A DNA stretch of 64,000 nucleotides from NCBI GenBank assembly GCA_965637545.1, contig OZ281497.1, positions 5,394,001 through 5,458,000 of the forward strand, given 5' to 3'. Made by a program: the position numbers and the translations under genes. Of the stretch, positions 22,662 to 33,612 are shown piece after piece; the first letter of the stretch is position 1, and each line of letters begins with the position of its first letter. Origin of the DNA: Phallusia mammillata. Taxonomy: Eukaryota. Below the pieces are notes generated by a model. That model saw only the letters and a list, made by a program, of their open reading frames with translations. It was not told the origin of the DNA and did no database searches.

Positions 22662-25442
22662 ATGGAACTGAAAAAGAACGAACAAGAATTGACTGACCAG
22701 TTGAGAGGTTGTTGTAGCTTGGAAAATGGGTTTTACATCGAAGATAACACAGAGGAGTCTGCTGCCGCTATGATTGAGTTATCCCATTATTACTATGCAA
22801 TACTCAGTGAGGAAAAGCGGAACTACCTTTATGCCGCTGGCCTTCTTGCTGCAGCCAAAGTACGCCTTTCCAACGATAACGTTACAGACGGTTTTATGTT
22901 GAAATTGTGGAAAGAACTTCTGGCAGACAGCGGTGCTAAAAATACTGACATAGATTTGTTCTCAATTATAGCTGATTTAAAGGAAAAGGTTTCAAAAATG
23001 CGTAATCTTGTTGAAAAACAAATTGCAAATATTCCCTATGTTACAGAGAACGGAACTAAGTTCTTGCAGGAACAAAAAAAGATTGATGCTACAAAAAAAG
23101 TATTTATATACTGTAATGAAAACTACATAGATATTATGCGGTACATATCTGATGAAATCAGTCAAATTTTGTTCGACTCTCAGTTGCCTTGTGAGTTTGC
23201 TCACTTGGTTTTCGGGTCAGTGGCTCGTATGGAAGGCAGTCCGTTTTCTGATTTCGAAAACGCTATTATTATCTCAGAACGTACTGACGAGATCTTAGAA
23301 AAATTTCAATTCTACATCGTTTTGTTTCAGTTCGTGATTATCAATCTGGGGGAAACACCCTTACGTTTGTTGGGAATTCCCTTACTCAATGATTTCTACA
23401 GTGATCGCAAATCCAAGGATTGGTTCTATGACAAATTTACTTGTCTCGGTATCCGGTTTGACAGCAACATGCCCGCAGCTTCGGTGCATCCCCTCTCTCG
23501 AGACCCGACCGCCGACAAACCTTTCAAAGTTGAGCTGATCGGCACCGTGAACGAAATCGCGCGTTTCTTAGAACACGACCAAGCTCTGCGCAATGGATAT
23601 CACTTGGCCGATGTGCTGAGCCGATCGCGTTTGGTGGCAGGAAATTTCAAACTGCATGAAAAATACAGAACGCAGGTGGATGAGAAACTTCGCATGAGCC
23701 AAGACTGGATTCGGGAGCGGATAAAGAACTGCATGGAAACGCTTGATGGCTCCGATGAGCTGTGTAAGCCTTTCAGTAAGCAGAACATAAAGCTCCTTGT
23801 TTACAGGGGCATATCGGTTACCATCAGCCACTTGGGCAACTTGTTCGGTGTTCGTAGCTCGTCTTGTTTTGATATTGTGGACGAGCTGGTTGAAAGTGGT
23901 CGGTTGCCAGAAGAGGCCGGTCACAATCTCAAATACGCAGTGGCTTTAGCTGGAGAAATCCGACTAAAGATTTACATGGCAGCCGGTGAGCAAGTCCCAG
24001 AGACAGACTTGGTTACGAAGGAAGACGGAAAAGCAATGTCAGATATTATCAACGCTGTTGGGAACGTAAGCATTTGTGATTATTTTTACATTGCACAGAC
24101 GCTGTGGCGTGATTTACATCCATTCGTAATGCAAGAATCTACAAGTATATCATTCTCATCGGAACCATACGTCGACCCTGCTATGCGCTTTGCAATTCAA
24201 ACCATTTTGCTCGGTAAACCTGAAGAAAAAGAAAACTTTCGACTACTTAAACACAGCGAAGAACATGACCACTTTGACAAGATATCTTTTCTTCAAATTG
24301 CCAGAACACTCACCAAGCTTCTGTTGACAATATTTGAATCTTTCGATGCAGTGTTAAAGCATAAACAATCTTCCAAAGTTTTCCACACTAAAGAAGACCT
24401 CATTTGGAAAATCGAACACTTGAAAAAGATGTTTGCTACCTGCACCGCGCTGTTTGCTGATACTTACACTTCAACAAACGCCCCGCAATTAGGCCTTGAC
24501 ACAACGCTTTTCGCGGAGCAAAAATATGCTTATAAGGACTACAAGAGAGCTATGGAAAACCTGCAAACATTTCTAAAAGCATCGTTAAAAGATGTCCGGT
24601 TGATTCACCTGTTACCGTCTGTTGTCTACACTCTTCATTGCGTGGCAGATTTAGTGTCGTCCTTTAACCGAAAAATGACTTCGTGTTTAGAAAATCCGGC
24701 TACTTACAACACGGAGCAGTTGTTGAATGAACTTGACTACATTTCAACGGCGATTGATGGTTTTGTCATGGCATTACCGGAAAAAGAAGTAGATTTAAAA
24801 ATATATCTCGAAAGTCAAGAATTGGTTCGCCGAGTAGTTCTTGATTTCGATGATGGGTTGTTTAGCAACGAAGGTTTGGCAATCGGGATAAACAGATGGC
24901 TGGAACAAATCAAAGACATAAAGGCTATGATTTTAATTGCTGAACAAATCCCCATCTTTCATGAAAAGATCAACGGGGTGATGAAGTTCTTTTTCAACAT
25001 CAATAATTGGTCGTTTGTTATGCCTGCCTACAGCAAAGTTGTCAGAAGAGATTTAAAAATCCTCATCGCCGAAGTGAAATCCACGCGTGGTGAGCTGCTT
25101 TCCCGAAACGGCGATTATGCACTTGCCACGGAGGATTTGTGCACCTCTCATCGGATTTTAACTGAAAACCCCCGCGAGAAAGTTTGGTTTGAATTGAAAG
25201 TGGCGGCAAATATGCACAACATCGGTAAAAGCCTTTGCTCCTGTAAAAAATTCACTGAAGCACTGACATGGTTTCGTAAAGAGCTCGACCACAGGCTTAG
25301 TAAATTACCGACGAAAACTGGCAAAGAGCATTTGGGCCCGAACTATCACTTCCAAGCGAAATGTCTTCGTGCCATCGGAACAGATGAAGCTTTGGCGGAA
25401 GCTGACATTTACTTTGAGAACGAAATGGAGCTTTTTTTTTAA
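22662..25442 (+). CDS. NTase-TPR protein copy A1, intact, 926 aa, no introns in the CDS (DUF294/GlnD-GlnE-like nucleotidyltransferase with C-terminal TPR-like repeats)
   Basis: Uninterrupted ORF. VFGSVARMEGSPFSDFENAIII fits hGSx(10)DhEh (G185, S186, D197, E199), with GIRFDSNM (D267) downstream. A helical domain follows (IKLLVYR...L...G.L...LKYAVALAGEIRLKIYM), then TPR-like helices (STRGELLSRNGDYALATED; NMHNIGKSLCSCKKFTEALTWFRKEL). Confidence 0.9.
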   Translation: MELKKNEQELTDQLRGCCSLENGFYIEDNTEESAAAMIELSHYYYAILSEEKRNYLYAAGLLAAAKVRLSNDNVTDGFMLKLWKELLADSGAKNTDIDLFSIIADLKEKVSKMRNLVEKQIANIPYVTENGTKFLQEQKKIDATKKVFIYCNENYIDIMRYISDEISQILFDSQLPCEFAHLVFGSVARMEGSPFSDFENAIIISERTDEILEKFQFYIVLFQFVIINLGETPLRLLGIPLLNDFYSDRKSKDWFYDKFTCLGIRFDSNMPAASVHPLSRDPTADKPFKVELIGTVNEIARFLEHDQALRNGYHLADVLSRSRLVAGNFKLHEKYRTQVDEKLRMSQDWIRERIKNCMETLDGSDELCKPFSKQNIKLLVYRGISVTISHLGNLFGVRSSSCFDIVDELVESGRLPEEAGHNLKYAVALAGEIRLKIYMAAGEQVPETDLVTKEDGKAMSDIINAVGNVSICDYFYIAQTLWRDLHPFVMQESTSISFSSEPYVDPAMRFAIQTILLGKPEEKENFRLLKHSEEHDHFDKISFLQIARTLTKLLLTIFESFDAVLKHKQSSKVFHTKEDLIWKIEHLKKMFATCTALFADTYTSTNAPQLGLDTTLFAEQKYAYKDYKRAMENLQTFLKASLKDVRLIHLLPSVVYTLHCVADLVSSFNRKMTSCLENPATYNTEQLLNELDYISTAIDGFVMALPEKEVDLKIYLESQELVRRVVLDFDDGLFSNEGLAIGINRWLEQIKDIKAMILIAEQIPIFHEKINGVMKFFFNINNWSFVMPAYSKVVRRDLKILIAEVKSTRGELLSRNGDYALATEDLCTSHRILTENPREKVWFELKVAANMHNIGKSLCSCKKFTEALTWFRKELDHRLSKLPTKTGKEHLGPNYHFQAKCLRAIGTDEALAEADIYFENEMELFF

Positions 25443-25472
25443 AACTTCACTGAAGAAAACTCCGCTTTTAAA

Positions 25473-25602
25473 CACGTGTTTTACGTTTTGTGCTGTTACA
25501 CGTGTTTTACGTTTTGTGCTGTTACACGTGTTTTACGCTTTGTGCTGTTACACGTGTTTTACGCTTTGTGCTGTTACATGTGTTTTACGCTTTGTGCTGT
25601 TA
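25473..25602 (+). repeat. 26-bp minisatellite, 5 units, just after the A1 stop
   Basis: Unit cacgtgttttacg(c/t)tttgtgctgtta; 130 bp = 5 x 26. Confidence 0.95.
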
Positions 25603-26760
25603 GGAGATTAGAAAGTTTTCAGCAAGATGCAGTTTTTTTGAAAAAATCATGACATCGTTAGTGCTCTAATTTCGTTATTTGTGATCCGAAGTAGTTTCAC
25701 AATCACATTGAAAGTTTACATGACCACACCACAATACAGCCAAATATAGTTTTGTGTGCAAAGCTTTTAGTGTGTAAAGTGTGTACTGTTAACAAATATA
25801 TAGTGTTATATTATATGCCCTGGCAAGTTGAAAAACAATGGTCTAAACTTCAAAACGCTTGACTCTATTTATTGACTTTTATCCTTGGTGCAAAAAATGT
25901 CACCGTGTATATAAAGTATTTAAGTTGTATTGATTTGAAAATTAATCATTATTTGCTATGAGATGACTTTTGCGATTTCCATTGAAAAGCGTTTTGAGGA
26001 CATGATCAGTGGAAAAGTGACTACTTTTTTGTTCTTCGGTACCGTATCTCTATTACAACCAACTTTTGATTGTATATGCTGGTGCTTTTAGCGTTTTAGC
26101 TTAGGTGTGTTCTGCCTTCGAATAGATTTGCACAACTGAATTGTTTTTCACCAGGAATCTGACCATTGTAGCTTAATTTGTCGAGTTTAATCACAAGTAA
26201 TTAGTCAATCGATTATTGTCTATATAGCTGTTTTTCTGTTACATGTTGAAAAATTCGCAATCTGTCTTAATATGTTCGTCTACAACGGCTATAGCTTTTC
26301 GCTTTTTGATATTATACAAAGTTTATCAGAAAGAATCGGGAGAGATTTTGATCAACTTTCCCAGACAGACTACAACAGGAATTGTTTCTGCGCTGCAAGC
26401 AGTAGGCTTAAAGCTGTACTGTACTCCCCAAACAAGTATGGTGTGTAAAACGTATCAAAGCAAGTCTTCCATTTTACCACCTCGATGGCGTTGCGAATAA
26501 ACATTCTCATTCCAATTTCCGTGCATATCTCGGGCTAGTTTAACCCGATGTAACAATTTCGCAAACAAGATTGGAAGTCCAACCAATATGACCCGCGTCG
26601 GCGGTGACTTTCACTGTCCACTCTATGCATGGTTTAAGACAGTCGATCGCATCTTCGTATAACTTTAAAATGACCACAGCATGAGATTTGAAGTCTACAA
26701 CAGAGTTATAAGTCGGGCCGGGCTTTTTGGGCCGGGTTGCTGTCTGGTGTTTGTCTAGAC

Positions 26761-27072
26761 CAGTGGTTCTTAACCTTTTTTCTGTTGTTACCCACAAAAT
26801 TACCCCTTTTTAGAAAAACATCACCTAATATAGCTTGCAATCCAAAATAAACCCACAGAAAAACAAAGTCATTATTTATTGTACATTTAAAGGTTCATTT
26901 CAAATGCAGTTAATGGGAAGGGTGATACTGCTTTTTAGCTACTAAGCATGTAAATCTGATTATTATGATTATCAAGAATCTAAAGATAACTATAACAGAA
27001 AATCTATGTTACCCCTTTTAAAATGCCAAATTACCCCTTTGGGGGTAATTACCCACAGGTTAAGAACCACTG
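26761..27072. mobile_element. hAT-type MITE, 312 bp, present only in unit 1
   Basis: TIR cagtggttcttaacc / ggttaagaaccactg; 8-bp TSD gtctagac at 26753-26760 and 27073-27080. The matching sites near 39290 and 51915 lack the element. Confidence 0.92.
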
Positions 27073-27523
27073 GTCTAGACTGAATTTTAACAATCATGTA
27101 AACATCACACTTCGTGTACAGCATTTATTGTCATAAATCCTCGCGGTCAAGTGGCTAAAGATACGTGGACAAGACGCTACACGACATCAAACCGGATACA
27201 TACGTAAAACAACGGTAAAAAACACATACACACGGCACACTTTAACACCACATGTTTGTTCGCAGTACACACTTTGCACACTAACAACTTGAGCATAGTT
27301 GAATAAATTTCTTTTCGATTTTATTGTTTGTAAAACTGCTTTGGTTAACAACTTAGGCCAAATTAGACTTCTAAAGTTCCCTTGCACACCCGTATTTTTC
27401 GCAAGACTAAACATGAATTCTCCAAAAACTACTTTTTCGCTGAACACTTGTTATTATCTCACGACACCATGGATATGATCTTATTTGATATTTCAATGAA
27501 AATGGTATCTTGTCGATGGTATG

Positions 27524-30304
27524 TTACAACAAAAACAACTCCATTTCGCTTTCAATGTAGATGTCAGCTCCCGCCAAAGCTTCATCTGTTCCGATGGCAC
27601 GAAGACATTTCGCTTGAAAGTGATAGTTAGGGCCCAAATGCTCTTTGCCAGTTTTCGTCGGCAATTTACTAAGCCTGTGGTCAAGCTCTTTGCGAAACCA
27701 TGTTAGTGCTTCAGTGAATTTTTCGCAGGAGCAAAGGCTTTTACCGATGTTGTGCATATTTTCTGCCACTTTTAATCTAAACCAATCTTTTTCGCGTGAG
27801 ATTTCAGTTAAAATCCGATGAGCGGTGCACAAATCCTCCGTGGCAAGTACATACTCGCCGTTTCGGGAAAGCAGCTCACCGCGCGTGGATTTCACTTCGG
27901 CGATGAGGATTTTCAAATCCCTTTTGACAACTTTACTGTAGACAGGCATAATAAACGACCAATTATTGATGTCGAAAAAGAACTTCATCATTTTGTTGAC
28001 CTTTTCATGAAAGATGGGAATCTGTTCAGCAATCAAAATCATAGCCTTTATGCTTTTAATTAGTTGCAGCCATCTGTTTATCCCGATTGCAAAACTTTCG
28101 CTGCTAAACAACCCATCTTTTATATCACCAACGACTCGGCGAACAAATTCCTGACTTTCGGCATATATTTTCAAATCTACTTCTTTTTCCGGTAATGTCA
28201 TGACAAAACCATCAATCGCTGTTGAAATGTCGTCAAGTTCATTCAACAACTGCTCCGTGTTGTTAGTATCCGAATTTTCTAAACACGAATCCATTTTTCG
28301 GTTAAAAGCCGACACTAAATCCGGCACGCAATGAAGAGTGTATACAACAGACGGTAACAGGTAAATAAACCTGACATCCTTCAACGATGCTTTGAGAAAC
28401 GTTTGTAGGTTTTCCATGGCATTCTTATAGTTCCTGTAAGCACCTTTTTGCTCCGCGAAAAGCTTTTTGTCAAGGCTCTGGTGAGGGGCTGTTGAAGTAT
28501 ACGTTTCAGCGAACAGCGTAGTGCAGGCAGCAAACATCTTTTTCAAGTTTTCGATTTTCCAAATGAGGTCTTCTTCAGTGTGGAAAAGTTTGGAAGCTTG
28601 TTTATGCTTTAACACTGCATCGAAAGATTCAAATATTGTTAACAGATGCTTGGTGCCTGTTCTGGCAATTTGAAGAAAAGATATCTTGTCAAAGTGGTCA
28701 TGCTCTGTGTTCTCTTTCAGTCGTTGAAAGTTTCCCCTTTCTCCGGGTTTACCGAGCAGATTGGTTTGAATCGCCAAGCGCATTGCAGGGTCGATGGCCC
28801 TTTCTGATGAAAAGGATATACTTGAAGATTCTTGCATTACAAATGGATGTAAATCACGCCACAGCGTCTGTGCAATATAAAAATGATCACAAATGCTCAC
28901 GTTGCCAACAGCGCTGATAATATCCGACATTTCTTTTCCGTCTTCGTTCGTAACCAAGTCTGTCTCTGGGACTTGCTTACCGGCTGCCATGTAAATCTTT
29001 AGTCGGATTTCTCCAGCTACAGCGACTGCGTATTTGAGATTGTGACCGGCCTCTACCGGCAATCGACCACTTTCAACCATCTCGTCCACAATATCAAAAC
29101 AAGACGAGCTACGAACACCGAACAAATTGCCCAAGTGGCTGATGGTCACCGATATGCCTCTGTAAACAAGGAGCTTTATGTTTCGTTTACTGAAAGGTGT
29201 ACATAGCTCATCGGCGCCATCAAGCGTTTCCATGCAGTTCTTTATCCGTTCCCGAATCCAGTCTTTGCTCGTGCGAAGTTTCTCATCCACCTGCGTCCTG
29301 TATTCCTCATGCAGTTTGAAACTTCCTGCCACCAAACGCGATCGGCTCAGTACATCGGCCAGGTGATATCCATTGCGCAGAGCTTGGTCGTGTTCTACGA
29401 AACGTGCGATTTCGTTCACGGTGCCTATCAGCTCAACTTTGAAAGGTTTGTCGGCGGTCGGGTCTCTCGAGAGGGGATGCACCGAAGCTGCGGGCATGTT
29501 GCTGTTAAACCGGACGCCGAGACAAGTAAATTTGTCGTAAAACCAATCCTTGGATTTGCGATCACTGTAGAAATCATTGAGCAAAGGAATTCCCAGCAAG
29601 CGTATGGGTGTTTCTCCTAAGTTGATAATCACGAATTGAAACAAAACAATGTAGAATCGAAATTGTTCTAAGATCTCGTCAGTACGTTCTGAGATAATGA
29701 TGGCATTTTCGAAATCAGAAAACGGACTGCCTTCCATACGAGCCACTGACCCGAAAACCAAGTGAGCAAACTCACAGGGTAACTGAGAGTCGAACAAAAT
29801 GTTACTGATTTCACAAGATATGTACCGCATAATATCTATGTAGTTTTCATTACAGTATATAAATACTTTTTTTGTAGCGTCAATCTTTTTTTGTTCCTGC
29901 AAGAACTTATTTTCTTTCTCTTTAACTTTGGGAATATCAGCAATTTGTTTTTCAACAAGCTTTCGCATTTTCGAAACTTTCTCCTTTAACTCAGCTACAA
30001 TTGTGAATAAACCAACCTCGGTATTTTTAGCACCGCTTTCTGCCAGAAGTTCTTTCCACAATCTTAACATGAAACCGTCTGTGACGTCATCGTTGGAAAG
30101 ACGTACTTTGGATGCGGCAAGAAGGCCAGCGGCGTAAAGGTAGTTCCGCTTTTCCTCACTGCGTATTGTGTAGTAATAATGAGACAATTCGATCATAGCG
30201 GCAGCAGACTCTCTTGTGTTATCTTCGATGTAAAACCCATTTTCCAAGTAACAACAACCTCTCAACTGGTCAGCCAATTCTTGTCCGGTCTTGTTTGGTT
30301 CCAT
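27524..30304 (-). CDS. NTase-TPR protein copy B1, intact, 926 aa; Asn at candidate catalytic position 267
   Basis: Uninterrupted ORF colinear with A1, with the same GS...DFE motif. It reads GVRFNSNM where the other copies covering this region read RFDSNM (AAC vs GAC near 29505). Confidence 0.9.
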   Translation of the reverse strand: MEPNKTGQELADQLRGCCYLENGFYIEDNTRESAAAMIELSHYYYTIRSEEKRNYLYAAGLLAASKVRLSNDDVTDGFMLRLWKELLAESGAKNTEVGLFTIVAELKEKVSKMRKLVEKQIADIPKVKEKENKFLQEQKKIDATKKVFIYCNENYIDIMRYISCEISNILFDSQLPCEFAHLVFGSVARMEGSPFSDFENAIIISERTDEILEQFRFYIVLFQFVIINLGETPIRLLGIPLLNDFYSDRKSKDWFYDKFTCLGVRFNSNMPAASVHPLSRDPTADKPFKVELIGTVNEIARFVEHDQALRNGYHLADVLSRSRLVAGSFKLHEEYRTQVDEKLRTSKDWIRERIKNCMETLDGADELCTPFSKRNIKLLVYRGISVTISHLGNLFGVRSSSCFDIVDEMVESGRLPVEAGHNLKYAVAVAGEIRLKIYMAAGKQVPETDLVTNEDGKEMSDIISAVGNVSICDHFYIAQTLWRDLHPFVMQESSSISFSSERAIDPAMRLAIQTNLLGKPGERGNFQRLKENTEHDHFDKISFLQIARTGTKHLLTIFESFDAVLKHKQASKLFHTEEDLIWKIENLKKMFAACTTLFAETYTSTAPHQSLDKKLFAEQKGAYRNYKNAMENLQTFLKASLKDVRFIYLLPSVVYTLHCVPDLVSAFNRKMDSCLENSDTNNTEQLLNELDDISTAIDGFVMTLPEKEVDLKIYAESQEFVRRVVGDIKDGLFSSESFAIGINRWLQLIKSIKAMILIAEQIPIFHEKVNKMMKFFFDINNWSFIMPVYSKVVKRDLKILIAEVKSTRGELLSRNGEYVLATEDLCTAHRILTEISREKDWFRLKVAENMHNIGKSLCSCEKFTEALTWFRKELDHRLSKLPTKTGKEHLGPNYHFQAKCLRAIGTDEALAGADIYIESEMELFLL

Positions 30305-31007
30305 AGTTTGAACATTCGGTTAACAAACTGCTAGACACAAGTATTCGCCTAAGCTTCGGTCGAAGGACGTGCAAGGGTAAATTACTGTTTTTGTTTATTG
30401 CTGAAAAAGAAAAACCACATTTACTTTCAATGTTAAATCACAGTGTATATTCCAATTTAATTCTACATTTCATCTTCAGATTTCAGGTTCGAATTTGATT
30501 ACCAATGAGTTAAGAATACAGTCTTACATTAACAACAGTGGACGGTAAGACGGGTCGCACCTGTCCCTACTATATATTAGTTATGTCTTTTCGTTTGAAA
30601 GCCAGATTGCTAATAGTACTACATCAACAAACTTATGTGATAAATATTGTAGACGTATAGTTATTAGTTATTACACAGTTTACCTGTAAATTTTTTACAT
30701 TTTTTTACTAGGGGTTGTTTCGAAGTTTGTTGTTAAAGTTCAAAATTCTACTCTTGTCTATCTACAATTTCCTGTAACCAAACTAAAACAACATCGTTAT
30801 TAAACATTTGCGAGTAGCACCATTACAATGCAATGCTAGCTGACTTGGGATGTCTTTCCTACAACTTTTGATATTTTGTTTCGACACTATATCTTATCTG
30901 TCAACTTCGGAAACGAAACCTATACTAAACAAGTCTTTACAACTTCAGTGCCGGTTTAAACGCCTATAAAGAACAGAAACTTGTGGTTTGAGGTTCCCTC
31001 TGCCTTT

Positions 31008-31053
31008 ACACAGCCGTCACGAATTCCCTCTGATGAATTCGTGACGGCTGTGT
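31008..31053. repeat. Perfect 19-bp inverted repeat with 8-nt loop, upstream of the B copies (also 43143-43188 and 59442-59487)
   Basis: acacagccgtcacgaattc-cctctgat-gaattcgtgacggctgtgt. Confidence 0.9.
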
Positions 31054-33074
31054 TGTGCGAAGCGTCTTGCCTCGAGTTTCGTGTTTTCGTTCTGTAACAA
31101 ACTTTTCTTTCCCATTTCCTGTCACATTATTCAGCACTCAAGGCAACAATAGTGCAGTATTTACACAGCTCAATACGTGAAAGTACCTAAACGTTGTATT
31201 TAAACGAGTCTTTTTGCGTTGACAAGTAAACTCAAAAAAGTCTATTGTTGTAATGTTATTGAAAGCCAAAAAAATAACACCAATGTGTAAGGGGAAAAGC
31301 TCATGAATAGGTGAATGGGTTTTGGCGATTGGAACAGTTTTTCCCAACATTGTTAGGTTGAGACACACTATAACACTACATATTTATTCATTGCTAACCC
31401 ATTGCACAATAAAAACTTTAATATAATAAAATATATACTTTTTAACTTAATTGTGGTTATGAAATTGCCTTGGTTAACAACTAATGCCCAAATTGGACTT
31501 ATAACGTTCCCTTCCACACCAGCTTTTTGTCAGGAAACAATAGATTGGTTTTTCATAAACAATCTTCGCTAAACACTTGCTAATCGGTGAAGCTTGTGCT
31601 ATGCGAAGTGTCCTGCCTGTAGTTTCGTATTTTTGTGCTGCAACAGAAATGTCTTCAGATTGCGTGTGATTAGGTGACGCAAAATTCGAGGTCGATACCG
31701 AAAGTATAGGTCCGAAGCCCGGCCCGAAACCGAATCGTTTTTAGGAAGCCCCTTTAGGTCCGAAAGTTTGATTGACAGGCCTCTCCATAAAAGCCTACAA
31801 AAGTACTATAGTACGTATACTGTATATAATATATTTAAAAACGGCGTTTTAGGGCTGTTGGGCATTGGATTAAGTTCAGCAACTGGCTGCTAAGTTGGGT
31901 AATTTTATCTGAAAAAACAAAAGCCGAACCCGACCCAAAAAGCCTGGCCCGACTTACAGTTCTGCTTCAAACTGCATGAGGAATACAGGATTCAGGCGGA
32001 CAGCAGCAGCAGCATTATTATTTTTATTGATTTAAATGGATTTGTGTAACTAAACTTTTATTTAACAGGTATCGGATCACGGTTAGTTAGTTTGTCGAGT
32101 TTAATCACTGGCAATAAATCAACCGATCATTATCCTCATTGCGATCAATTCATCTTCTTCTGTCACAAATCCACACTTTACAATATAAGTTAATAATACT
32201 TTACAAATACACCACAAAAGTTGAAACGGTTTGCAAACCAAAATAAAATGTGAAGATCAAGTAAATACAACACGACACCGAGTAAAAAGTCTACTTATAA
32301 ATTTAATCTAATTCAAGGCGCTTGAAGTTATGGGAAAGCAACTAATATTTTGCCTTAACACATTAAATATTCGTGCCGTAAGGAAATTTTTCCAAACCAC
32401 TGCATCGGCTTTAAACGTAGTTTGGTAGCTTCAACTGGTATTTGGAAATAGTTTGTCACTGGAAAGTTGCTATCATTGTTGCCCCCAAAAACCTAAAAAT
32501 ACAAAGTTTTTAAATCAACTCCAAATGTTAATGTTTTAATGTGTTTTGGTTCTTACTGGATTTCCGTCGTTGTTAATAGCATTTCCCCATACACTATCCT
32601 TGTCCATGTACAAAATCTCGAAGGACGTAACATATTCCAAATGGTTGTTCCGTCCTTGCGTTATAACACCAGTAATAAGGGTAAGATTGTTCAAAGCCAC
32701 TTCAATCCATTGGTTTGCATCAGCTACGAAAAGTCATAGTATTCTATTTACAACACAGAAAAGACTAGTTCCGACAATTGGCATTTAGTACATTGTTGTA
32801 TGTAGATGCCGGGATTAAAATCAGACTTTGACTTCATGAATGAAACTTGAATTTTTCACTGACTTTGATTTAACTTTGTTCAAACTGCACGGATTCTTAA
32901 AGAATGAAACAGATTGGTGTTTGACTCTATTTTAATGTTTAGAAGTTTTTCAGCTCTGATTAGATCATTTTTTTCTGGTGGAGTATGAAATCGGGACGCT
33001 CCGATGTTCGAATTCCAAAAAAGTTCTGTTAAGTTTTGTGCATGGATCAACGCGCCCGTTCGGCCAAGTTCCAG

Positions 33075-33612
33075 ATTGCGTGGCAGATTTTGTGTCGTCC
33101 TTCAGTCAAAAAATGGCTTCGTGTTTAGAAAATCAGGATACTTGCAACACGGAGCAGTTGTTGATTGAACTTGACGACATTTCAACGGCGATTGATGGTT
33201 TTGTCGTGACATTGCCAGAGAAAGAAGTAGATTTGAAAATATATGTCGAAAGTCAAGAATTTGTTCGCCGAGTCGTTGGTGATATAGATGATGGGTTGTT
33301 TAGCAACGCAGGTTTTGAAAAGGGGATAAACAGATGGCTGGAACAAATCAAAAACATGAAGGCTATGATTTTGATTGCTGAACAGATTCCCATCTTTCAT
33401 GAACAGGTCAACGGGGTGATGAAGATTTTTTTCAACATCAGTTTCGCAAAGAGTTTGACCACAGGCTTAGTAAATTACCAACGAAAACTGGCAAAGAGCA
33501 TTTGGGCCCAAACTATCACTTTCAAGCGAAATGTCTTCGTGCCATCGGAACAGATGAAGCTTTGGCGGAAGCTGACATTTACACTGAAAACGAAATGGAG
33601 TTGTTTTTGTGA
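33075..33612 (+). pseudogene. Copy C1: 3'-only NTase-TPR fragment with ~268-nt internal deletion
   Basis: Homology starts at CVADFVSSF and the NTase domain is absent. The join ttcaacatca|gtttcgcaaa removes most of the TPR region and shifts the frame. Confidence 0.85.

Noticed and set aside
22662-25442. Calling the NTase-TPR protein cGAS, OAS or kinesin light chain
   Set aside because: It lacks the Mab-21/OAS C-terminal signatures. TPR similarity alone does not make it a kinesin light chain, so no gene symbol was given.
25473-25602. 26-bp repeats as a CRISPR array
   Set aside because: The units are directly adjacent with no unique spacers, there are no cas genes and the context is eukaryotic. 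It is a minisatellite.
31028-31045. ctgatga within the B-upstream hairpin as a hammerhead core
   Set aside because: No stem II-GAAA arrangement follows. The word is part of the palindrome loop and arm.
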